Source of the DNA: Bacteroidales bacterium
GTDB taxonomy: Bacteria > Bacteroidota > Bacteroidia > Bacteroidales > WCHB1-69
Direction: 5' to 3'
Assembly: GCA_017535665.1 (NCBI GenBank)
Contig: JAFXTS010000021.1
Location: 4,796 to 68,795, forward strand
Length of the DNA stretch: 64,000 nt
The notes below the pieces were generated by a model that was not told where the DNA came from, searched no databases, and saw nothing but the letters and a program-made list of their open reading frames with translations. Positions 1-9,374 of the stretch are shown in pieces; position 1 is the stretch's first letter; each line of letters starts with the position of its first letter. The translations under genes and the position numbers were made by a program.

Positions 1-3000
1 CGCTACAGAAGGCAGCAACTTTAACAGTATAGGAAGTTGCGGAAGTGAGGTCGTCGAAGGTAAACGGATTCTCGGTGACAATAGTGTCAATGCCGTTCAG
101 GTTGATAATCCAGCCATTCTCGGGATCTGTTTCGTTGCGGTCAGTCCAAGCAACCGTGGCGGTGGTGGTGGTGATGCCAGTGATGGTAACATCCATAGGA
201 GCAGTACATGTAGGAAGCGTAGTGAAGGTAATCTCACTGCTCCATTCGGAGCTGTCGGTTTCGGTGCAGGCAGCCATCACCATAACGGTGTATTCAGTTT
301 CGGGGGTGAGGTTGTAGAAGGTAAACGGATTTTCAGTGACAGCAGTGTCAACACCGTTGAGGTTGATAATCCAAGAAGCAGGAGTCGTCAAGTTGTAATC
401 CACCCAGCTGATGATGGCAGTAGTAGCTGTGATGGTACTGTCGACGGCAGCCACATCAATCGGTGTCACGCAAGTGGGCATATCCTCAATGGCGATGTCG
501 TCGATAGCGCAGGAATACCACGAGGTAGCTTGATACCATCTGAAAGCAATGCGAGCATTGGCGGGAACGCTGCTAACAATCACTTCGTGAGTAACATATC
601 TATTAGTAGAATAGTAGTTGTTCGGAATTGTCTCCAGTTCAACAAAGCTTTCGGCTGTAAGGTCGGTGACATAGCCTACGGTAAGCGTACCCATTGTGGC
701 ACTTTCCATAGCGGTAGCAAATGTCAGTTGCTTTCCGGTAAGGTCGTCAAAGATGGGCATTACTGCGAAATTGGTGCTTCCACCATAATTGGAAGTGCCC
801 GATGTCATCACGAGGCAATTGTCAGAAGCTATGGGGCTGTAGGTGCCGTTGTAAACGTGGGGACGATAACCGCCGCTTGTGCCGATATAGTTCCAGCAAT
901 CGGGTAACACACCGTTGGAGGCAGTAATGTTGTTGGAGGCGGTGTAGCCGCTGAAGTTTTCACTGTAGTTTTCTGCGGAGATGGCATCGCACGGGGTGAC
1001 AAAGCCGACAAAGCCACTGCTCCAGACGGAAGTGTCGCTAACACCGCAGTAAGCGCGGATACGGACAACGTAGGGAGTGTTGGCCGTAAGAGTGTCGATG
1101 GTGATGGGGTTTTCGTTAACAACGATTTCGGTACCATTGAGTTCGAGAATCCATTCGGTCTCTTCACCGCCGGCAGTCCAGCTGAGGGTGACGCTGTTTC
1201 CGGTCACATTGCTGTATTCAATAGCCGTAGGAGCAGGACAGGTGGGAGGAGTCACGAAATTGATTTCATCGCTCCAAGCGCTTTCGGCATCCACATCGCA
1301 GTTGGCTTTCACCTTGGCCATCACATTGATGTCACCAAGAGGAGCATCAAAGTTGCAAACGACGGCAGAGTCATGGTCAATGCCGGTGATTTCGATGAAG
1401 GTTTCACCGCCGTCAATGCTGTAAGCTACAGTCCAAGAAGCGGGAGTGGTTTCATTATTATCGGTCCAGCTCACCTGGAAATAGGTGGTGGTCACGGTGT
1501 CAAGAGAAAGATTGGTAGGAGCCAAACAAGCGGGAGTCTCTTCTACAACCACATTGTCCAAATAGATATAAGCATCGCCGCTTCCATAGTTGCTGGTGCC
1601 TTGGAACACGATCACCACATTGTCGGTAGCTTCAAGCTCAGTCAGTGCGATGGACATCGGAGTCCAGTTGGTGGCAGCCGTCAGGCCAGTAGCCAGTTCA
1701 GTAGTGTAGGTTTCGCCGCCGTCAGTAGAAACAAAAACGGAGAAGTCACCACCGGTGGGGTTCTTATACATGAAGGTAACTCTCGGAGTAGCTAAAGCTG
1801 TGATGTCCAAAACGGGGGTCTTCAGCATATTGGTATTACCATTGCTGTTGCTATAGGAATTGAATCTCAAACAAGCTCCAGTGTAGCCAGTTGCATAATA
1901 GTTCCATCTGTGTGAAGTGTTTGTGGTCGTACCCTCTTCATTGTCCCAGCAATTGGGAATGCCTGCGGTAAGGGTATTGAAGTTTTCAGCGAAAGGATTG
2001 GCTTCCGTAACAATCATCACATCGCAAGCGGTAGCGAAGGTGGCGCTATCCAAACTCCAAGCAGACTCATCGTCAGCGGCGCAGTTGGCCTTCACCCTTA
2101 CAACATAATTCGTAGATGCAGTGAGGTTGTCGAGCGTGAACGGATTGGCATCGGCAGCCACTTCAGTACCATTGACCAAGAGTGTCCAACCGTTGGTCGG
2201 CTCACCATTGTTGTTATCAGTCCAGCTAATGGTAGCTTCCGTAGTGGTAATCGTGCCTTCCACCACTTCCAGATGAGAAGGTTTGATACAGGAAGGAATC
2301 AGTTCCACCGTCACATCATCCAAATATACATAGAAAGAAGAGTAGGAGCTTGTGCCAGTAGGAATGGATTTGAACGCAATGCGGTTGCCATTGCCGGCAT
2401 ATTCATTGAACATGACGGTATATTCTTCATACGAACTGGTCAGGGTGATAGTATCTACAGCTTCAAAGGTGGTACCATCCATCACACCCACCACGAAGGT
2501 AGGATTAGTGCTGGAATAGCGCGCGAAGAAGCTCACCTGCAGCGTATTGATGTCGTTGGTGAATGTCGGAGTGGAAATAAGGTTAGAGTAGCTGGTGCCA
2601 TAATAATACATGTACATCAACTTGGTTCCACCATGTGCATAGCTTGAATAGTTATAAACATACGGATAAGTGGAGGAGTAGCTGGTATAGGGAATATCAC
2701 GAGTCCAACAAAGCGGGAAGCTGTTGCTCTCATATTGTTCAAAATCTTCATAATAAACATTCTCCTCATCAATGGTGACGGGCTCACATTCGGTGGTGAA
2801 GCTTACCGTGCTGGTCCAATGGGAAGTGTCGCTTTCAGAGCAAGCGGCAGCCACTTTCACCGTGTAAGCGGTAGCGGGAGTGAGGTTGTCAAAAGTGAAG
2901 GGGTTGTCGATAACGGTAGTGTCGTGGCCGTTGTAGTTAATAATCCAGGACTCTTCTTCGCCGCCGGCAGTCCAGCTGAGGGTAGCGCCATGAGCTGTTA

Positions 3001-4627
3001 CGCTGTTAGCATCCACCGTCAGAGCGGTAGGAGCGGGACAGGTGGGAAGGGTGGTGAAAGAGGTAGAAGCTACACTCCATTCGGAACTGTCGGTCCCTGA
3101 GCAGACAGCTTTCACTCTCACGGTGTAAGCAGTCTCCGGATCGAGGGTGTTAAGTGGGAAGGGGTTGACATCGGCTGCCACCTCCTCATCGTTCACAAGG
3201 AGGATCCAACCATTTTCAGGATCTGTATCGTTGTTGTCGGTCCAGCTGATGGTAGCACCATAAGCAGTCACGTCTGCGGAAGCCACATCGGTGGGTTTCA
3301 GACAGGTGGGAGCAGGTCTCACAATAAAGTTGTCCATATAAGTGGCACTACCAAACTGGTTTTCACCTCTCAAAATGATATAGCAGTCGCCCGTGAAGGG
3401 GATTTCGAATTCGTAGGTGTACCAGCCGGTGGTGGTTTCAGCGGTTACCACGTTGCCGTCGGTCTGGGCACAGTTGCGATAGAGGAAGCCCAGCTCAGTG
3501 GCGCCTTCGATTTCGCCGTCAGTGCTGGCGAAAACTCTGACACCTTCTGAAGTGTAAGAAGTGCCGGAAGCGCTACGGTAAATGTCGATGACAAATTGAT
3601 AGGTACTGCCAGCGGGGATGTCCATTCGCGGGAGTGCCAATTTGGTTTGGGTGCCATTGGACATATCGGGCAGTCTCAACTGTTTGGTGCTGTTGCCTGT
3701 TGTATTGTAGGTAGAAACCTCAAACAAGGAAGTACCGCTACCGCTAATGTGTTCATTTACCCAGCAGGGGACATTCAACGCGTATGTGGCGTTGTAGCCA
3801 TAACTGCTGTTGGCGCTGTAATTTTCGAATGTTTCTCGCCACGGGAAGGTGGTGACTGCTTCGCAAAGGGTGCTGAAAGTGATTTCGTTGCTATAGGCAG
3901 AAGCGTCCTCGTCAGAGCAGTTGGCTTTCACTCTCACGGTATAGGAGGTGGCGGCAGTAAGGCTGGGAATAGTGTAGGGATTCTCGGTGATACCCGTGAT
4001 CTCAGTGCCGTTCAATTCGATGGTCCAAGAGGCGGGTGTAGTGCTGTTGTTGTCCGTCCAGCTGATGGTGGCGGAGGTAGTGGTAATATCCGCAACGGTC
4101 ACAGCGGTAGGTTTAGCACAGGTAGCAGGAGCTGCGAAAGTGAAGTCATCAAGATACAAGTAGTATTGGTTATTCGCAGTATATGCTATCGCAATGTACT
4201 TTGTGCCAGCAGGGAAGAAGTCGTTGTAAAGAGTCCAATCGGAAGAAGCAGTGATTTCCTCACCCCAAGTGAAACTTGAAGAGGAAGCGTCAGTGGTTGA
4301 ATAACCCACCATGAAAGTTTCAGTAAAACTTCCGCCTTTTTTATAGTAGAATGAAACATCTACACCTGAAGTTGTTCCTGTCAGTTCAGGGGAGATAAGA
4401 TACTGAGGAGGGGTAGTGCTCCAATGGAAGGAAAAGCCATAATCCCCATTCATTTTGGAGGAAGTGGTAATTCCCGTGCTTGAGTGGCAGGCGGACAATG
4501 TCCATCCATCGGCAGAGAGGTCGTTATCCTCAAAACCATACGAATAGGGCAGAGCCTGCTGCGCCTGAATGGCCAATGGCAGCATTGCCGCCATCAGCAA
4601 CATCAAAAATAATCGTAAGTGTTTCAT
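1..4627 (-). CDS. Large secreted cell-surface protein, C-terminus cut by window edge (more than 1540 aa). A signal peptide is followed by alternating beta-sandwich (MAM / choice-of-anchor-J-like) modules and at least 8 fibronectin-III-like modules.
   Basis: Absent from the ORF track because there is no stop in the window. Manual reverse-complement translation from the ATG at 4627-4625 gives MKHLRLFLMLLMAAMLPLAIQAQQALPYSYGFEDNDLSADGW... and stays open to position 1. The module C.(K/A)PT...ISWTDNN...W.I.LNG.E...NP.T...L...T.Y.V.VKA.C recurs, for example CAKPTAVTVADITTTSATISWTDNNSTTPASWTIELNGTEITGITENPYTIPSLTAATSYTVRVKANC. The listed + strand ORFs at 45-4279 are antisense artefacts. Confidence 0.8.
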   Translation of the reverse strand, partial: MKHLRLFLMLLMAAMLPLAIQAQQALPYSYGFEDNDLSADGWTLSACHSSTGITTSSKMNGDYGFSFHWSTTPPQYLISPELTGTTSGVDVSFYYKKGGSFTETFMVGYSTTDASSSSFTWGEEITASSDWTLYNDFFPAGTKYIAIAYTANNQYYLYLDDFTFAAPATCAKPTAVTVADITTTSATISWTDNNSTTPASWTIELNGTEITGITENPYTIPSLTAATSYTVRVKANCSDEDASAYSNEITFSTLCEAVTTFPWRETFENYSANSSYGYNATYALNVPCWVNEHISGSGTSLFEVSTYNTTGNSTKQLRLPDMSNGTQTKLALPRMDIPAGSTYQFVIDIYRSASGTSYTSEGVRVFASTDGEIEGATELGFLYRNCAQTDGNVVTAETTTGWYTYEFEIPFTGDCYIILRGENQFGSATYMDNFIVRPAPTCLKPTDVASADVTAYGATISWTDNNDTDPENGWILLVNDEEVAADVNPFPLNTLDPETAYTVRVKAVCSGTDSSEWSVASTSFTTLPTCPAPTALTVDANSVTAHGATLSWTAGGEEESWIINYNGHDTTVIDNPFTFDNLTPATAYTVKVAAACSESDTSHWTSTVSFTTECEPVTIDEENVYYEDFEQYESNSFPLCWTRDIPYTSYSSTYPYVYNYSSYAHGGTKLMYMYYYGTSYSNLISTPTFTNDINTLQVSFFARYSSTNPTFVVGVMDGTTFEAVDTITLTSSYEEYTVMFNEYAGNGNRIAFKSIPTGTSSYSSFYVYLDDVTVELIPSCIKPSHLEVVEGTITTTEATISWTDNNNGEPTNGWTLLVNGTEVAADANPFTLDNLTASTNYVVRVKANCAADDESAWSLDSATFATACDVMIVTEANPFAENFNTLTAGIPNCWDNEEGTTTNTSHRWNYYATGYTGACLRFNSYSNSNGNTNMLKTPVLDITALATPRVTFMYKNPTGGDFSVFVSTDGGETYTTELATGLTAATNWTPMSIALTELEATDNVVIVFQGTSNYGSGDAYIYLDNVVVEETPACLAPTNLSLDTVTTTYFQVSWTDNNETTPASWTVAYSIDGGETFIEITGIDHDSAVVCNFDAPLGDINVMAKVKANCDVDAESAWSDEINFVTPPTCPAPTAIEYSNVTGNSVTLSWTAGGEETEWILELNGTEIVVNENPITIDTLTANTPYVVRIRAYCGVSDTSVWSSGFVGFVTPCDAISAENYSENFSGYTASNNITASNGVLPDCWNYIGTSGGYRPHVYNGTYSPIASDNCLVMTSGTSNYGGSTNFAVMPIFDDLTGKQLTFATAMESATMGTLTVGYVTDLTAESFVELETIPNNYYSTNRYVTHEVIVSSVPANARIAFRWYQATSWYSCAIDDIAIEDMPTCVTPIDVAAVDSTITATTAIISWVDYNLTTPASWIINLNGVDTAVTENPFTFYNLTPETEYTVMVMAACTETDSSEWSSEITFTTLPTCTAPMDVTITGITTTTATVAWTDRNETDPENGWIINLNGIDTIVTENPFTFDDLTSATSYTVKVAAFCS

Positions 4628-4757
4628 AATAAATTGATTTTGTGAATAATAGGTTTTCAAAATTAAGTCTGCAAAAATACAATAAAAATGCAGTATTCAA
4701 CCCAAAATTCGCTGAATATTATATTTTTTTAGCAGTAAAAAATGGATGATAAAAGCC

Positions 4758-5780
4758 CTATTTGTTGGCCTTCTCCTCGTCGTTGTTGTACCACTCCAAA
4801 TAGGATTCCGTATATTGCTTTCCTGAATTCAGAAGATCGCTCTTCTTCTCATCCGAAATGTTGAAATCAACAGAACCCACTCCCAACGTGTCGATATAGA
4901 TCGTGCGCTGCCAGTCGTCGCTGTGCAAATGCACATTGTTCTGAAAATCAATGAGGGTGGTCACCAACGCCTTGGTGTAACCGAGGAAATTCTTGATCTC
5001 CTTGACCTCCGCAGAACCCTGGCCGAGGTACATCGAAATCTCATCCGACGAATCCAGGCGAAAGCCTAACGTCTCCTTGTTGTACACATATTCGGTCTTG
5101 GCAATGCCCTTTTGCATGCACTTGGTATTGATGGTATCGTAATACTCGGTGCGTCGAATGCTATTCGCATTGGCGATATAATTCACTTGGTCGAAGGTTT
5201 TGATAGGATAATTCTCCAAAAGACCGCCGTCTACATAGATGTGATCCTTTTTCTTCCCCCCTTTCACCGAAGCGAAAAACAATGGGATGGACATGGAGAT
5301 GCGGGCGGCGTCGGCCACCTTCATCTGCGGGGTGGTCTTGTGGCTGAAGAGTTCTGAGAGACCGGTGGAAAGGTTGGCCCCCACCAGATAGATTTCGCGG
5401 TATTTCTTCGTTTTCGCCAGCTCGCCAAAAGTGATTTCGCCATTGCCGGTTTTTCGTTGGATCAGGTCGGCCATCGTTTTGCGGAAGAAGTCGCCTTTAT
5501 ACCAGCCGTACTCCTTCAGCAGCCGCGTGGTATTGGCCAAGAAGAAGCCTGATTTGTCCATGAAATTATTGAAATCGAGGTGCCACAACACATCTTTCAC
5601 CTCCTCAGCGGAGTATTTCAACCCGACCAAAACTGCCACCATGGCGCCGGCCGACGTGCCCGCCACTCGCTCAATATTATTCAAAATCCCCTCTCTGTCA
5701 AGCACTTCCATAGCGCCCACGTAGGCGATGCCTTTCACACCACCGCCTTCAAAAACCAAATTCTTAAAATGATACGACAT
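4758..5780 (-). CDS. Patatin-like phospholipase
   Basis: 340 aa. Oxyanion motif FEGGGVKGIAYVG, nucleophile elbow GTSAGAM and catalytic Asp motif YVDGGLLENYP. Confidence 0.9.
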   Translation of the reverse strand: MSYHFKNLVFEGGGVKGIAYVGAMEVLDREGILNNIERVAGTSAGAMVAVLVGLKYSAEEVKDVLWHLDFNNFMDKSGFFLANTTRLLKEYGWYKGDFFRKTMADLIQRKTGNGEITFGELAKTKKYREIYLVGANLSTGLSELFSHKTTPQMKVADAARISMSIPLFFASVKGGKKKDHIYVDGGLLENYPIKTFDQVNYIANANSIRRTEYYDTINTKCMQKGIAKTEYVYNKETLGFRLDSSDEISMYLGQGSAEVKEIKNFLGYTKALVTTLIDFQNNVHLHSDDWQRTIYIDTLGVGSVDFNISDEKKSDLLNSGKQYTESYLEWYNNDEEKANK

Positions 5781-6008
5781 AATGAAACTATTTTATTGTT
5801 ATTCTAATACTTTGTCTGACTACGGAACGCCCTTTCTCGTTCTGAACTGTTGCATTTTTTGCAACAGTTGAAATTTTATCTAGCAATTTGAGTGTATTTT
5901 CAACTTGCAAAGATACAAAAAAAATTACCACTGCGCTGTTGTGATAAAACACATCATCATCATTTTAGTCGACAATTCTACTATATGAATAGTTATTTGT
6001 TCTTCTTT

Positions 6009-6114
6009 GCGTGCCAAAGGCACGCCATCCCAGTAACTCCACACAAACGAACATAGTGAGTGCAGTGTGGAGTGGGCAACAGCGCTAGTAATCAGCGTGC
6101 CAAAGGCACGCTAC
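6009..6114 (-). repeat. Approx. 105-nt multi-hairpin repeat element, copy A (inverted relative to copies B and C)
   Basis: Terminal hairpins are gcgtgccaaaggcacgc (6009-6025) and gcgtgccaaaggcacgc (6096-6112). The internal stem is ctccacac/gtgtggag. The reverse complement aligns along its length with 39030-39140. Confidence 0.6.
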
Positions 6115-6132
6115 TATAGAAAGGAGATATGT

Positions 6133-6233
6133 GTAGCGTGCTTTCAGCACGCCTTTACCGCTGCATGTCCCTACCCCAGACTGCGGCCTAAAGGCCTTGT
6201 CTGAGGTTACTGGAATTTCGTGCCTTTGGCACG
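6133..6233 (+). repeat. Approx. 105-nt multi-hairpin repeat element, copy B
   Basis: gtagcgtgctttcagcacgc ... ccccagactgc ... gtctgaggttactgg ... cgtgcctttggcacg. It has the same architecture as copies A and C and lies head-to-head with copy A. Confidence 0.6.
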
Positions 6234-6366
6234 ACTGCCTGCTATGCATTCCTTCTCAAATCGAATAGTACAAAATAATTATAAAATATTATAAATCTGT
6301 ATGTTATAATATTTTAATAATTTCATCGCAATAGCAGTAAATCATCACCAACTCTTCACCATTCCA

Positions 6367-6403
6367 CAAAAAAATCCCTCCGAAATTCGGAGGGATTTTT
6401 TTT
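6367..6403. terminator. Bidirectional intrinsic terminator downstream of gdhA
   Basis: Perfect 10-bp stem atccctccga/tcggagggat with a 3-nt loop, flanked by an A-run and a T-run, 20 nt after the gdhA stop. Confidence 0.7.
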
Positions 6404-6423
6404 CAAGAATCGTAATGAAACGA

Positions 6424-7767
6424 TTAGATGATGCCCTGAGCAAGCATAGCTTTTGCAACGCGCATGAAACCGGCGATGTTAGCACCCTTCACATAGTTGA
6501 TGGTGCCGTCAGCCTGCTTACCATATTCAACGCACATATCATAGATGTCGTTCATGATCTTGTGCAGTTTCTGGTCAACTTCAGGAGCAGTCCAGTTGAT
6601 GTGACCGGCGTTCTGGCAGATTTCGAGACCAGAGGTAGCCACGCCACCAGCGTTCACAGCCTTGCCAGGTCCGAAGGGGATCTTAGCAGCCTGGAAAGCG
6701 GCGATAGCACCGGGCTGGCAACCCATGTTGGAAACTTCAGCCACATACTTCACGCCATTGGCGATGAGTTCTTTAGCGTCAGCTTCAGCCAGCTCGTTTT
6801 GGAAAGCGCACGGGCAAGCGATGTCGCACTTCACGCTCCAAGCTTTCTTACCAGCAGTGAATTTGGCTTTTCCGGGGAACTTGGTGGCCATATCCTCAAC
6901 TTTGTTGCGGTTGGAAGCACGCATCTCGAGCATATAGTCGATCATTTCCTTGTTGATACCTTCGGGAAGTTCGCAAACGCCGTCGGGACCTGAGAGGGCC
7001 ACAACCTTTGCGCCAAGTTCGGTAGCCTTGATGGCAGCACCCCAAGCCACGTTGCCGAAGCCGGAGAGAGCAATTCTCTTGCCTTCCATCTTGTCACCTT
7101 TTTCTTTCACCATTCTCTCTACATAGTAGATAGCGCCGAAACCGGTAGCTTCGGGACGGATGAGGGAGCCACCCCAACCGTAGCTCTTACCAGTGAGAGC
7201 GCCGGTGCTGTGCTCGCGAGCGATTTTCTTGTATGCGCCATAGAGGTAGCCGATTTCACGACCGCCAACACCTACGTCACCAGCAGGGCTGTCCTGATCG
7301 GGACCGATGTTGCGCCACAACTCATACATGAAGGCCTGGCAGAAACGCATGATTTCTTCGTCGGTCTTGCCAACGGGATCGAAATCAGAACCACCCTTAC
7401 CACCGCCGAGAGGCAGGTTGGTCAGAGAGTTTTTGAAGATCTGCTCGAAACCTAAGAATTTCAGCATGGAAACGTTCACAGCCTTGTGGAAACGGAGACC
7501 GCCTTTGTATGCACCAAGAGCGGCGTTGTACTGCACGCGATAACCGAGGTTGGTCTGGACTTCGCCATTGCGGTCAACCCAAGTCACACGGAAAGTGAAG
7601 ATACGATCGGGCTCAACCAAGCGCTCAACGATCTTAGCTTTCTCGAATTCAGGATGCTGGTTGTAAACTTCCTCGATGGATTCGAGAACTTCTTGAACCG
7701 CCTGCAAATACTCATTTTCACCAGGATGTTTGGCCTCCAGGTTAGCCATGATTTTTTTAACTTCCAT
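6424..7767 (-). CDS. gdhA: NAD(P)-specific glutamate dehydrogenase
   Basis: 447 aa. Hexameric GDH hallmarks are present: GGGKGGSDFDP (catalytic Lys region) and the dinucleotide fold SGFGNVAWGA. The whole length looks like a GdhA. Confidence 0.95.
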   Translation of the reverse strand: MEVKKIMANLEAKHPGENEYLQAVQEVLESIEEVYNQHPEFEKAKIVERLVEPDRIFTFRVTWVDRNGEVQTNLGYRVQYNAALGAYKGGLRFHKAVNVSMLKFLGFEQIFKNSLTNLPLGGGKGGSDFDPVGKTDEEIMRFCQAFMYELWRNIGPDQDSPAGDVGVGGREIGYLYGAYKKIAREHSTGALTGKSYGWGGSLIRPEATGFGAIYYVERMVKEKGDKMEGKRIALSGFGNVAWGAAIKATELGAKVVALSGPDGVCELPEGINKEMIDYMLEMRASNRNKVEDMATKFPGKAKFTAGKKAWSVKCDIACPCAFQNELAEADAKELIANGVKYVAEVSNMGCQPGAIAAFQAAKIPFGPGKAVNAGGVATSGLEICQNAGHINWTAPEVDQKLHKIMNDIYDMCVEYGKQADGTINYVKGANIAGFMRVAKAMLAQGII

Positions 7768-7813
7768 AATATAACTTTTTTAAGTTGTTAGAATTTGTTC
7801 CGATAACGGGCTG

Positions 7814-7821
7814 CAAAATTA
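7814..7821 (-). promoter_or_regulatory. Bacteroidota sigma-A -7 box (TAATTTTG) for gdhA
   Basis: The reverse complement of caaaatta is TAATTTTG, matching the TAnnTTTG consensus. It lies 47 nt upstream of the gdhA ATG. Confidence 0.5.
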
Positions 7822-7882
7822 TTACTATTTTTTGAATTATTATCCTTTCTGAAAAATTATTTTTTTATGATGAATTTTTTTG

Positions 7883-7890
7883 TAATTTTG
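7883..7890 (+). promoter_or_regulatory. -7 box (TAATTTTG) driving the riboswitch leader
   Basis: taattttg lies about 10 nt upstream of the P1 stem of the cobalamin aptamer. Confidence 0.5.
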
Positions 7891-7899
7891 CCGCCGATT

Positions 7900-8058
7900 T
7901 TATGGTGAGAAATCCCTTGTGGATTTCGAGAGGGAAGCAGGTGAAATTCCTGCACAGTACCCGCTGCTGTAATCTCCACAATGCCCCAGGCAAAGGTCAC
8001 TGTCGCACCGCGATGGGAAGACGCCTGAAGGCGGAGTAAGTCAGAAAACCTGCCATAA
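7900..8058 (+). promoter_or_regulatory. Cobalamin (B12) riboswitch aptamer
   Basis: The P1 stem is ttatgg (7900-7905) paired with ccataa (8053-8058). The conserved core reads GGGAAgcaGGTGaAAtTCC...CCCGCtgCTGTaA ... GTCACTG ... GGGAAGaC ... with B12 box AGTCAGAAaACCTGCC. It is followed by a 130-nt expression platform before the ATG at 8189. Confidence 0.85.
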
Positions 8059-8188
8059 CATCTATCACGGTAAGCTCCGGGCATTGGGCTGCTGCCAACG
8101 GGTCACCTCCGCTGTGCTTCGTATGCCTTCCCCGGTCTTCCATCGGGAGGATTTTCTATTTTCCTCCAACTTGAACTAATAATATAGT

Positions 8189-9313
8189 ATGATGAAGAAA
8201 GGGCATACAACAAAACAAAAAAATCAAAGTCGTTTCAGCGCAAAACTGAAAGGGATGCTCATAATGGGAATGGTGGCCGTAGTCGCTCTGACCGGCTGCG
8301 AAAAACCCAAACCACCCCAGCCCGATCCAGTGGATCCCATTGAGGCCGCCGCCTCCGGCATCTATGTGCTGTGCGAGGGTCTGATGGACATGAATAATAC
8401 CACCCTCACCTTCTACAATTTTATTACTAACGACATCGACAACAACTACTTTTTAACCCAAAACGGCCGCGGACTCGGCGACACCGGCAACGACCTCAAA
8501 GCCTACGGCTCGAAAATGTACTGCGTGGTGAATGTTTCCGAGACGGTGGAAATCATGGAGTTGAAGAGCGCCAAATCGCTGAAACAGATTTCGTTGTCGG
8601 GCAAACAGCCCCGCCGTATCGCCTTCGCCGACGGCTACGCCTACGTGTGCTGCTTCGATGGCGACGTGGTGAAAATCGACACCGCCACCATGACCGTGAC
8701 CGCCACCGCACAGGCCGGCAGCAACCCCGACGGCATCTGCACCGCCAACGGCAAACTGTATGTGGCCAACTCAGGCGGACTCAACTACCCCAACTATGGC
8801 AACACCGTCAGCGTGTTCGACCTCGCCACCTTCACCCACCTCAAAGACATCACCGTGGTCATCAACCCCACCCGCATGGCCGCCGACAGTCAGGGCGATG
8901 TGTATTTGGTGTCGAACGGCAATTACGGCTCCGTGCCAATGACTTTCCAACGTATTGATTCACAAACCGATGAGGTGGTGCAAACCTTCGACTTCGCCGT
9001 CACCAACTTCGCCATCTGCGACAACCTATGCTATTTCTACCATTATGATTATGGTACTGAACAATGTTCGGTAAAAGTGATGGATGTGATGACGGAACAG
9101 ATTATCAACGAACATTTTATCGCCGATGGAACTGATTTGCGCACGCCTTACGGCATCGCCGTCAACCCCGAAAATGGCGACGTGTATCTCACCGATGCTT
9201 ACCAATATACTACCAATGGGGATGTTTATTGCTTCGGCAGCAATGGGCAGAAGAAGTTCCAGTTTGAGGCCGGCCTCAACCCCAACAACATTATTTTTCT
9301 AAAAGCTAACTAA
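8189..9313 (+). CDS. Surface lipoprotein, beta-propeller (YncE / DUF5074-like). Candidate BtuG-like corrinoid-capture protein.
   Basis: 374 aa. Lipobox VVALTGC. Repeated blade-like motifs are present (YVANSG, VYLVSNG, VYLTDAY). It is the first gene after the B12 riboswitch and is co-oriented with a TonB-dependent receptor. Confidence 0.6.
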   Translation: MMKKGHTTKQKNQSRFSAKLKGMLIMGMVAVVALTGCEKPKPPQPDPVDPIEAAASGIYVLCEGLMDMNNTTLTFYNFITNDIDNNYFLTQNGRGLGDTGNDLKAYGSKMYCVVNVSETVEIMELKSAKSLKQISLSGKQPRRIAFADGYAYVCCFDGDVVKIDTATMTVTATAQAGSNPDGICTANGKLYVANSGGLNYPNYGNTVSVFDLATFTHLKDITVVINPTRMAADSQGDVYLVSNGNYGSVPMTFQRIDSQTDEVVQTFDFAVTNFAICDNLCYFYHYDYGTEQCSVKVMDVMTEQIINEHFIADGTDLRTPYGIAVNPENGDVYLTDAYQYTTNGDVYCFGSNGQKKFQFEAGLNPNNIIFLKAN

Positions 9314-9374
9314 TAATTCAAAAAATTCAAAGATTCAAAATTTAATAATTTAACAATTTAATGATTTAGTAATT

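Noticed and set aside
45-4279. Eleven + strand ORFs of 63-227 aa (for example 3596-4279 and 1373-1795).
   Set aside because: All lie antisense to one continuous minus-strand reading frame with a clear signal peptide and Fn3 modules. Their translations are low-complexity (V/G/S/H-rich), as is typical of antisense frames in GC-rich genes.
7857-8084. 75-aa minus-strand ORF.
   Set aside because: It overlaps the cobalamin riboswitch aptamer, whose conserved core explains the sequence conservation. It has no promoter context and no start context.
8146-8167. Hairpin ggagga-N10-tcctcc before the first gene of the B12 locus, considered as an intrinsic terminator.
   Set aside because: It is not followed by a U-run. 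It may belong to the riboswitch expression platform, but the mechanism cannot be assigned from sequence alone.
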